Of a DNA stretch of 64,000 nucleotides, positions 56,897-64,000 are shown piece by piece. Every line of letters starts with the position of its first letter. The first letter of the stretch is position 1. The translations under genes were made by a program, and so were the position numbers. The notes below the pieces were generated by a model, which saw only the letters and a program-made list of their open reading frames with translations, ran no database searches and had not been told where the DNA came from. Source of the stretch: a bacterium (lineage in GTDB: Bacteria > SAR324 > NAC60-12); NCBI GenBank assembly GCA_965233585.1, contig CBDDTI010000295.1:73421-137420 (forward strand), written 5' to 3'.

Positions 56897-57319
56897 TTAT
56901 CCTTGAACATTAACACGTTTGGCGCCTGGTGCAGAAGGTTCTGCTTGTTTGTTTTGTGTCGCAATAGAGACCCATGCCTCCCGCAGTTGCAGTAAAAGTT
57001 TCAACACGCTTGCCGTGATAGCGGCATCTTTTTTGATGTTTGCTTCAATCAACTGGTCAAACATGTAGAGGTATAAACTTTTAAGATTCGCTGCAATTTC
57101 TCCCCCCTTTTCCATGTCAAGTGAAACGGACAGTTCTGAAATAATGCTTCTTGCTTTAGTGATGCCCTGATGTGCTTTTTCCAAATTTTCCGAACGTATG
57201 CTTTCAATCGCCATTTTCAGATTGCGGATTGCCCCATCGTACAGCATGACCACGAGTTTTGAGCGGTCCATCGTGTTGACTGAAGCCTGCCTGTAAGCAT
57301 GTTGATACTGATGACTCAT
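56897..57319 (-). CDS. fliS: Flagellar export chaperone FliS, paralogue 1
   Basis: 140 aa. AYRQASVNTMDRSKLVVMLYDGAIRNLK... is a FliS signature. Confidence 0.88.
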   Translation of the reverse strand: MSHQYQHAYRQASVNTMDRSKLVVMLYDGAIRNLKMAIESIRSENLEKAHQGITKARSIISELSVSLDMEKGGEIAANLKSLYLYMFDQLIEANIKKDAAITASVLKLLLQLREAWVSIATQNKQAEPSAPGAKRVNVQG

Positions 57320-57357
57320 ACCATGACCTAATAATGTTTTAGTGAATTAACTTTGAA

Positions 57358-60300
57358 TTAACCTTTTTTCTTATTACCGCCACCGCCTTTGTTTCCTGAC
57401 AATGCAGCAAACTGCTGGCTTAAATAATTCTGCTGTGCTTTCAACTTTCCAAGCGTAGAATCCAGTTTTGCAAATTTGACTTGCAATTCTCCTCTTTTGG
57501 CATCAACTCTCTCATTCATACGTTTGAGTTGATCATCATAGGCTTTGACTTGCTCTTGAATGTCTTTGGTCACATTTTTCACCCGACCTTCTGCAGGGTC
57601 TAGCATCGCTTGAATGCTTTCATCTAATCTTGAGGCAATGCCTTTGCTGACAAGCACCTTGGCTTGTTTGTCGGCAGATTTGACCTCTTCTGGGGTCATT
57701 TCCACAAACAGCCTGAGACCTTCAACGGGGGTGTCAACGACACCTGAAAGAATTTGCCCACGTCCTGTCATTTCCCAGCCCTCAACAATCCCTGCAACAT
57801 CTACGCCTTCTACTTGAGTTGTGTTTTCCAAGCCCAATGAATCCAATTCTTTGTTAGCATTGGGTTCTACTTCAATCGTAGAACTTTTGCCAAATGACCC
57901 AGAGACAAACTTTAATGCTCCATTTTCAGTGGTGACTTCAATTTTACGTGAGCCGAGTTTTTTGTCTTCATTCAATTTTTGCTGAATCTGCTGAGCCAAT
58001 GCTTGTGCTGAACTATAAGTTTTTTGGTCTAACTGAATCGGATTGGAACGTCTCCCACGTTCAATGACAATCAATTCATCATTTTGCTCATTCACAACAA
58101 TCGGGTCTCCATCGTCTAATAATTCACCAATCAATTCACTTTTTTTTGCCGCTTGTGTGATTTGGACTTCAAAACCATTTTTGGTGAGTTGAGTTTTGTC
58201 TGTGATGTTCAAATAGCTGACACGAGGGTTGTCAGATTCTCCTCTTGTTCTGAACACATTTGCCACATCTGTAAAGCTGTCAGTCATTTTTTCATCAAGT
58301 TTTTTTTCGTCCAGAGACATCATACCTTTGTCATCTAAACGGAGTCCTACTGAAAACAACATGTTCGTACTTGATGGCAGTTCAGGCACTGCCAAAATGG
58401 AGGTGTTGGCAATTTCATTTTGCATCTGCACAACATTGCGGTCACTGAGCAAAGGACCTGCCACCTGAGACCCTGGGTCGTATTTGGTAAATTCTGTGAC
58501 GGTGGCACTTAAAGTGTTGTAAGCATCTACAAAGTCACGCAAGAGTTCCCTGGCTCTTTCATGGTCTCCTTTCACAGTAATCGTAATGGGACGATTATCG
58601 CTGGTTGTCAACAATTCAAGTTCCACACCTTCTATCACATCATCAACAATGTTGCTGGGTCTTGTTATTTCCAAACCTCCCCCTGTTTCAGAGGCGCCCA
58701 ACCTTAATTTGGCATTTTGAGCTTGTTGAACTGTGGGGGTTTGCGTGGTGACAAAAAAATAGTCTTCCTCAAAAACTAGACCTCCATCTAGGGCAATGGA
58801 CAATCCTGAATCAAAAGGAATGGGGACGCCCGGTTGGTAGTCTGCTCCCACAGCCACAGAACCTGTATTGCCCAAATTGTCCTCCCACTGTAATTGTAAA
58901 TTTCTAGTTGTTCCCACTGTTCCATCTCCCTGCATTGTAAAGATGTAAGTCTTCTCGTCATCTTGGTCATAGATTCCACTGACTTTGATGTCTGCAGTAC
59001 TTCTCCTCCTCATCAGGTCTAGCAAGCCATCTTGTACCTTCAGGTCATGTTCTCTATCGGGGTCAAAAGGTTCAAATTTAGATTCTGTGTCAATGATTCC
59101 ATCACGTGACCGCATCTCATCATCAAACCACCAAAAATCGGAGTTGACAGGGGCAAACAAGTCTATCGTTGCAGTATCTCCATCATGCAAGATGCCGGGT
59201 GGAATCTCAATTTCTACCCCATGAGGCAGTTTAATTTTAGAGGCATTTTCTCCAAAAGTGTTAAAATCCAACTTAAACAACCCCTCATCATCTTCAAAAT
59301 CATAACCGATGGCATCTTCAAGGCTTGTGTCATCTATGGTTTCAGACAGATAAGGAGCGCCAATGTTGACCTTCCCTGTCTCGCCTGTCTCAGTAAATTC
59401 ATAATGCAAGAACAGCTTTTTGGGACCTCCAACCTGACCTCCATCTTCAGCACGCAACACAAGGGTTTGGTCTACTTCTGATGTGTAAGTTCCTGTGGCT
59501 CTGACCTGACCTCTGTCATCTTGTGTTCTCCAAGCAGAGACATTCCCAACCCTTGACAGACGTTCTTCATCAGAAAGCCACCACAACCAGTTAGAACGTT
59601 CTGAAAAGGCTTGAAAAGTAAAAGAATCGCCAAGCTGTGCTTCTCCGTCGCTGACCATAATAGCTGCACCATCAACAATGTGAATCGGCTCGCCCGGTTT
59701 GTAGGTGCGTTCATTGACTTCTATATCTCCTGAACGTCCCTGATTGTCCTTCCAAGATAAAATGATGCCAGACTCTGAGTTGATCACACCACCTTGTGAG
59801 ACACTGACGCTAATATCCAAGTCATCTTCTCCTGTGTATTTGCCTGCGGCTTCTACAATAGGAGTAGAAGCCCCCCAACGTTTTGAATCTGTACCAACCT
59901 CAAGCACTGCTTCGCCTTCCCACTCAGGGTCTGTGTCATAGCTATTTTCGTAAAGAGGAGGGGGGACTTTGCCATTTTTAAGGTCAATTTCCACATTGAT
60001 TCTTCCCTCTTCACCTGTGATTTTGCTGGTCAGCATCAACTGATAGGGTTTTTCAGAACTCCCTGTTTTGATGACGAAGGCTTCTACGTACTTGCTTTCT
60101 GAATTGATTGCAGAGCGAATGCCCTCTAACGTGTTGTTGTTACGACTAATCAAAATCGTTTCTTCAGGGTTCTTCTCAGGGTCTCCAACTTGCAGTTTAA
60201 TTCTGCCAACGCCAACGCTTTCGTCAGGAGACTCAAAACCTTGTGAGGTGATTTGATGAGACAACGCCAGCTGATCTACAATCACTTTGGTTTTTCCAAC

Positions 60301-60639
60301 CTTTGCTCGTTGAGTGGCTGTTGGAAAGATGACAGAAGGGTCGCTTGACTCAACATTCTTGGCTTCCCAGACATCAAATTTGCGGAGTTCCTTGATCACT
60401 GCATAGAGTTTTTCTAACTCTGTCTTCACAATCTGCCACGATTCAAGTTGCGTCAATTTTTCATCTTTACGTTTTTGAATCGGGACGGCTTTGCGCTTTT
60501 CTATGTCAACGAAGCGTCCAATAATCTCACGGGTGTTCAGCTGGGAGCCTAAACCCATGATGGCATTGGGATTCAGTTCTGCGGCCAAGTGTTCCTTATG
60601 TTTAGAAGTATCGGCAAAATCTGCCGTGTTCGTCTGCAC
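57358..60639 (-). CDS. fliD: Flagellar filament capping protein FliD, unusually long (up to 1093 aa)
   Basis: FliD N-terminal helix (GLGSQLNTREIIGRFVDIEKRKAVPIQKRKDEKLTQLESWQ) and C-terminal domain/helix (..GRGQILSG..GLRLFV.., LQVKFAKLDSTLGKLKAQQNYLSQQF). The start is uncertain: GTG at 60639 has no SD, and TTG at about 60588 or ATG at 60558 are alternatives. Confidence 0.85.
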   Translation of the reverse strand: MQTNTADFADTSKHKEHLAAELNPNAIMGLGSQLNTREIIGRFVDIEKRKAVPIQKRKDEKLTQLESWQIVKTELEKLYAVIKELRKFDVWEAKNVESSDPSVIFPTATQRAKVGKTKVIVDQLALSHQITSQGFESPDESVGVGRIKLQVGDPEKNPEETILISRNNNTLEGIRSAINSESKYVEAFVIKTGSSEKPYQLMLTSKITGEEGRINVEIDLKNGKVPPPLYENSYDTDPEWEGEAVLEVGTDSKRWGASTPIVEAAGKYTGEDDLDISVSVSQGGVINSESGIILSWKDNQGRSGDIEVNERTYKPGEPIHIVDGAAIMVSDGEAQLGDSFTFQAFSERSNWLWWLSDEERLSRVGNVSAWRTQDDRGQVRATGTYTSEVDQTLVLRAEDGGQVGGPKKLFLHYEFTETGETGKVNIGAPYLSETIDDTSLEDAIGYDFEDDEGLFKLDFNTFGENASKIKLPHGVEIEIPPGILHDGDTATIDLFAPVNSDFWWFDDEMRSRDGIIDTESKFEPFDPDREHDLKVQDGLLDLMRRRSTADIKVSGIYDQDDEKTYIFTMQGDGTVGTTRNLQLQWEDNLGNTGSVAVGADYQPGVPIPFDSGLSIALDGGLVFEEDYFFVTTQTPTVQQAQNAKLRLGASETGGGLEITRPSNIVDDVIEGVELELLTTSDNRPITITVKGDHERARELLRDFVDAYNTLSATVTEFTKYDPGSQVAGPLLSDRNVVQMQNEIANTSILAVPELPSSTNMLFSVGLRLDDKGMMSLDEKKLDEKMTDSFTDVANVFRTRGESDNPRVSYLNITDKTQLTKNGFEVQITQAAKKSELIGELLDDGDPIVVNEQNDELIVIERGRRSNPIQLDQKTYSSAQALAQQIQQKLNEDKKLGSRKIEVTTENGALKFVSGSFGKSSTIEVEPNANKELDSLGLENTTQVEGVDVAGIVEGWEMTGRGQILSGVVDTPVEGLRLFVEMTPEEVKSADKQAKVLVSKGIASRLDESIQAMLDPAEGRVKNVTKDIQEQVKAYDDQLKRMNERVDAKRGELQVKFAKLDSTLGKLKAQQNYLSQQFAALSGNKGGGGNKKKG

Positions 60640-60709
60640 TGGCGGAGCCTGTCAACTCAAGCAACGCTTAGGTTTGAAAGCAAACCTTCATCGCATGTCT
60701 TGAGTTTTT

Positions 60710-60732
60710 CAAAAACTATTCCATAGTTTTTG
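60710..60732 (-). promoter_or_regulatory. Hairpin with UGGAA loop between flagellin 60776..62563 and fliD
   Basis: RNA sense: CAAAAACUA-UGGAA-UAGUUUUUG, a 9-bp stem. It could be a weak terminator or a GGA-presenting leader element for fliD. Confidence 0.35.
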
Positions 60733-60775
60733 CTGATGTCAATGTCAAAGAGCGTGTTCTATACTTGACAGAACT

Positions 60776-62563
60776 TTAAGATTGCGCACCTCCAAGCAGT
60801 TGTAGAACAGACTGAGGTACTTGATTAGCTTGTGCAAGCATGGCTGTTCCTGCTGAAAATAAGATTTGATTCTTGGTGAAAGAACTCATCTCTTCTGCCA
60901 TATCGGCATCAGCCAGTTCAGACTCTGCTGCAGTCAAATTTTCGTGTGCAATTCGCAAGCTGTTTAAGTTGCTCTCCAGTGCATTTTTTTGGAATGCACC
61001 CACTTTTGCACGGAGCGTTGACACTTCGTCAATCGCAGCATCTATCAAAGTCATTGCATCTTGAGCACCTTCTGAAATAGTGACGTCAATGTCTGCAAGA
61101 CTTTGGAATTGGTTTTGATTTTCAATATTTCTGGCAAGGTCGCTTGCTCTGGCAGACCCTACTGCAATTTTGGTTTGTTGCCCCTGACTTGGTCCAACTT
61201 GGAAGGCTAAAGCACCTTGTGTCAAGTGGACGTAGCCGTCAATCTTAGCATTTTCTCCATTGGGCTTCTCATTGCCAATTAACGTTTCATTAGAGCGGAC
61301 ATCAAGCAATGTTTTAGGCGTTTGAAAGCCACGCAAGGCAAGGACTTGATAAAGGACATCATCTGTGTCTTTGGTGTATTTGATGGCTAAGCCTTCTGCC
61401 TCTGAACCTGGGGCAGACTCTAACACGTTTCCATTTCCAAGAGCAGGCTCACCCAAATCTAATTCGGGGTGTCCTCCAATTGTGCCTTCAATGTCTCTGC
61501 CAGGACTTGCAATGATTGCCTTATTTGCCTGCGTTCCTTGTCCAAAAAAATCATTCAACGTTGTTGTGACAGTAAAACTTGGCATACTTCCAAATTCACG
61601 ATGCCGAATGACGAGGATTTTTTCATCAGTTTGTGGCAAGCCTTCAGGGACTCTTGCCACTTCGTTCAAAAATTCTTGGGTCATATCCCATGTTTGAGTG
61701 ACCTCTCCATAAAAGTTAGCAGGTGTGTAAACCATCACTTCAAGGTTCAAGCCTGCTTCATCAATCCTGCCTTGTAGCGAAGTGGTAATCAGATGTTGAA
61801 TAGTTTCTTCTGCTTGACGCTTCGCCTGTTGTTCAACAGCAGGGTCAGTGCCTTTTTTCTGTTGAGCAGCAAAATAAATGCGTTGAATTTTTTCAGAGAG
61901 TTTTTTGTCTTTGTGAATCTCCAAGCTGGCATTTTTGCCTTCTGATGTGACAACAATAGAAAAGTTACTTTCGGGAGACACTTCATCTAATGTCAAACGA
62001 TGTTGTGCTGCCACCATTGCCCTTGTTGGAATCTGTGTGATGTTCACTTTGTAACCTTCTGAAGGCGAGGCAGGGGTGTCTTCAGTTGCTGCAACAAATT
62101 CTATCCCATCGCCAACGGCAATGCCTTTGATGGCATTTTGTCCATCTAACAAACGGCGTGTGCCAAATTGCGTGTTGTCTGCAATTTGATTGAGTGTAGA
62201 AAGCAGATGTTCAATTTCACTTTGGTCTGCTTGCAACATTTTTATATCGTTTGTGCCTTCGTTTGCTGCATGCACTGCAAGCTGTCTTAAATTAATCAAG
62301 ATGTTACTGGCTTCTTGTAATGCACCTTCCATCGTTTGCATCATAGAAACAGAAGTTTCAGAGTTAGAAATCGCTTGCTTGGTAGAGGCAATTTGGGACT
62401 GCATCTGCTCAGAGATGACCAATGCCGCAGGGCTGTCAGCCGCACGATTCAACTTTCTACCTGAAGAAAGACGTTCAAGATTTGTCTGAATGCGTCCCTC
62501 TGTTGTAGATAAATGCCTTAAGGCATTCAAAGCAGCTAAATTCGTATTGACTCTCATGACCAT
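60776..62563 (-). CDS. fliC: Flagellin, long form (595 aa)
   Basis: LERLSSGRKLNRAADSPAAL...; C-terminus ..TKNQILFSAGTAMLAQAN... The central domain is enlarged. Confidence 0.92.
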   Translation of the reverse strand: MVMRVNTNLAALNALRHLSTTEGRIQTNLERLSSGRKLNRAADSPAALVISEQMQSQIASTKQAISNSETSVSMMQTMEGALQEASNILINLRQLAVHAANEGTNDIKMLQADQSEIEHLLSTLNQIADNTQFGTRRLLDGQNAIKGIAVGDGIEFVAATEDTPASPSEGYKVNITQIPTRAMVAAQHRLTLDEVSPESNFSIVVTSEGKNASLEIHKDKKLSEKIQRIYFAAQQKKGTDPAVEQQAKRQAEETIQHLITTSLQGRIDEAGLNLEVMVYTPANFYGEVTQTWDMTQEFLNEVARVPEGLPQTDEKILVIRHREFGSMPSFTVTTTLNDFFGQGTQANKAIIASPGRDIEGTIGGHPELDLGEPALGNGNVLESAPGSEAEGLAIKYTKDTDDVLYQVLALRGFQTPKTLLDVRSNETLIGNEKPNGENAKIDGYVHLTQGALAFQVGPSQGQQTKIAVGSARASDLARNIENQNQFQSLADIDVTISEGAQDAMTLIDAAIDEVSTLRAKVGAFQKNALESNLNSLRIAHENLTAAESELADADMAEEMSSFTKNQILFSAGTAMLAQANQVPQSVLQLLGGAQS

Positions 62564-62597
62564 GACGGACTCCAGTAAAATTAAAAACTTTCTTCAA

Positions 62598-62627
62598 GTA
62601 TCGGCAGACTTTCAATTTGCTTGAGCT
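62598..62627 (-). promoter_or_regulatory. sigma28 (FliA)-type promoter P1 for the long flagellin
   Basis: The minus strand reads TCAAGCAA-N11-GCCGATAC, against the consensus TAAAGTTT-N11-GCCGATAA. The -10 lies at 62598-62605, about 35 nt upstream of the ATG. Confidence 0.5.
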
Positions 62628-62669
62628 TTTTTTGAAGTTTTTTTAAAACGACTGCACGACTTGACCAGA

Positions 62670-62696
62670 GTATCGGCACAAATCACAAAAACATGA
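62670..62696 (-). promoter_or_regulatory. sigma28 (FliA)-type promoter P2, upstream duplicate
   Basis: The minus strand reads TCATGTTT-N11-GCCGATAC. The -35 matches 6/8 and the -10 matches 7/8 of consensus. Confidence 0.5.
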
Positions 62697-62769
62697 GTGT
62701 TTCAGCCAGATTTGTTTGCCTCCTTCTCTTTTTTTCTTCACTTCTTCACTGCCTCATTCCCCTCTAGTA

Positions 62770-63544
62770 GGGCAGTGTTCACTTGATATTGGCATTGCAT
62801 GTGAGAGTAAATTTGAGGAATGGAAATGAGAAGTTGTCATCATTGTGGGAGTCAGACTTATATCAAGAATGGAAGTTACAAAGGGGTTCAGAGGTATCGT
62901 TGCAAGTCATGTCAGAGAGCATTCACCTCAAATGGGTTGAGAATCCCACTAGAGACCAAGCGTCAAGCCTTAGAGATGTATGTCAATAGTGTAGGCATCA
63001 GAAAGATCGCTCGTTTTTTGCAGGTGTCTCCAACTTCTGTTCTCAACTGGATCAAAAAAGCCAGAGTGTCTCAACTTCCAAAAGACGCACCAAGTTTCCA
63101 TGAACAAGTAGATAGTATAGAGATGGATGAGATCTACACTTTTGTTCAAAAAAAAGTCAAAGAGTAGCCGTTTGGACAGCCTATTCTCGTCAAGAACAAT
63201 GTGTGATTGCCTTTGTGATAGGCAAAGGATTAGCAGCAGCAAAGCAGCTGTATGCACTAGTCAAAGCACAACGAGCTAGAATTGAAACGATTTATACAGA
63301 TGCCAACTCATGCTATCAAGTGGCATTTGCACAACTCCAAATTCCAGAGAACCACGAAATAGGCAAGAGAAATACTCATCTCATTGAATCTTCTAATTCT
63401 TCCATCAGAGATAACCTAGCTCGCTTGATGAGAAAATCTAAACGACATTCCAAAACTTTTGACATGCTGGAACACTCTCTACAACTCTTCTTTGACTATA
63501 AAAGGTTTGAAAAATATCATGACAATACCAAGTGAACACTGCCC
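62770..63544 (+). mobile_element. Second, divergent IS1-family insertion sequence (775 bp)
   Basis: Terminal inverted repeats GGGCAGTGTTCACTTG(A/G)TATTG(G/T)CAT lie at 62770-62796 and, reverse-complemented, at 63518-63544; the first 16 nt are perfect. I found no flanking direct repeat (ctctagta vs gttttcac). Confidence 0.85.
62820..63535 (+). CDS. IS1-family transposase (InsA-like plus InsB-like, putative -1 frameshift at the A8 run 63148-63155)
   Basis: ORF 62820..63167 (CHHCGS...YRCKSCQRAF zinc finger, then HTH). The -1 frame continues KKSQRVAVWTAYSRQEQCVIAFVIGKG... into ORF 63203..63535. Confidence 0.8.
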
Positions 63545-63704
63545 GTTTTCACAGGGGTGACGTTCTTTCGCAGGAATGACGGCAGTATAAAGACTGCGAA
63601 GCAAGTCTGGAATGACATTTTTCAAATTGAGCTATGAAAAAGGCAAAGCCTGACGTGGTAGTTTAGGAGAGAATTTTGCGAATTAGGGAATCTTTTAAAA
63701 GGTC

Positions 63705-63733
63705 TTGACTAGGGGGTGGTGATGGTATGTAAT
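63705..63733 (+). promoter_or_regulatory. sigma70-like promoter (TTGACT-N17-TGTAAT)
   Basis: Sequence ggtcTTGACTagggggtggtgatggtaTGTAATaat, about 60 nt upstream of the ATG at 63794. Confidence 0.35.
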
Positions 63734-63793
63734 AATTTTTTGTTTTTAAAAGTCAGATGATTGATTCAAACCAGAAAAGTTTCAGAGCAATAA

Positions 63794-64000
63794 ATGAAAA
63801 TCAAACCGATTTTAATCATTGTTATTTTATCAGCTTCTTTTATACCGTTGGAAAGTGATGCAGGGTGTGGGAGAGATGACCATTTTTTAGGCGCTCCAGC
63901 TGGTAAAAAAATGATGTCTTCTTTTGACGTGACGTTTTTCCCAACTTTTGCATTCAGTTCTACATCAGGCACATCGGGTTGCAGAAATTGGGATTTAGTG
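63794..64000 (+). CDS. Secreted small protein, 5' part (runs off the window); possibly DUF3015-like
   Basis: My own translation: MKIKPILIIVILSASFIPLESDAGCGRDDHFLGAPAGKKMMSSFDVTFFPTFAFSSTSGTSGCRNWDLV. It has a signal peptide and GCG / TSGTSGC motifs, and stays open to the window end. The ORF-track entry 63766..63972 (-) is its antisense shadow. Confidence 0.45.
   Translation, partial: MKIKPILIIVILSASFIPLESDAGCGRDDHFLGAPAGKKMMSSFDVTFFPTFAFSSTSGTSGCRNWDLV

Noticed and set aside
63766-63972. 68-aa minus-strand ORF at the window end
   Set aside because: The opposite strand carries an ORF starting at 63794 with a clear signal peptide and a sigma70-like promoter, open to the window edge. The minus-strand ORF is most likely its shadow.
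1-64000. tRNA, rRNA or tmRNA genes
   Set aside because: Reading the intergenic regions, I found no cloverleaf-compatible sequence (no GTTCRANYC T-loop with matching acceptor arms) and no rRNA-like stretch. A dedicated scan (tRNAscan or Infernal type) would be needed to be certain.

Overview
This 64-kb chromosomal window comes from an AT-rich (about 40% GC by eye), flagellated, diderm-type bacterium. I cannot assign a taxon from the sequence alone. I saw no rRNA, tRNA or CRISPR array.

Layout:
- 1-4.2 kb: two tandem FN3-repeat lipoprotein paralogues split by an IS1-family element.
- 4.4-27 kb: a housekeeping block. It holds polA, argG, rpoB-rpoC, a thioesterase, metG, a GGDEF protein, an S41 peptidase, a YbaK-like protein, a CysM-like synthase with a MoaD/ThiS-type carrier, and a PspC-domain protein.
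- 27.3-33.4 kb: an accessory islet. It holds a second IS1 copy, a lipoprotein gene carrying a (CCGCAAT)17 tract, a duplicated Rpn-type PD-(D/E)XK nuclease gene, and a small two-gene toxin-antitoxin-like pair plus a decayed fragment of it.
- 33.5-45.7 kb: more core genes (FGE-domain protein, queC, ftsQ, murB, rsfS, phoU, LOG-family, L,D-transpeptidase, putA, an OMP).
- 45.7-62.6 kb: a flagellar filament locus on the minus strand. It has six flagellin genes, a flagellin-like gene lacking the conserved termini, two fliS genes and an unusually long fliD.
- 62.8-63.5 kb: a different IS1-family element.

Most interesting observations:
- Two nested tandem arrays of about 170-nt units sit between the three near-identical flagellin paralogues. 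On the flagellin-sense strand they are strongly enriched in GGA/SD-like motifs. Conserved AUGGA-loop hairpins with compensatory stem changes occur in the flagellin leaders. Together these suggest a CsrA-type RNA-binding-protein circuit, possibly with cis-encoded sponge RNA. This is a hypothesis only.
- The heptanucleotide tract looks like a translational phase-variation switch. An IS1 insertion has also split that gene's sigma70-like promoter from its RBS.
- The sulfur-carrier protein is genetically encoded as ...GG-Cys next to a CysM-like synthase.
- Three intrinsic terminator modules lie in tandem downstream of fliS.
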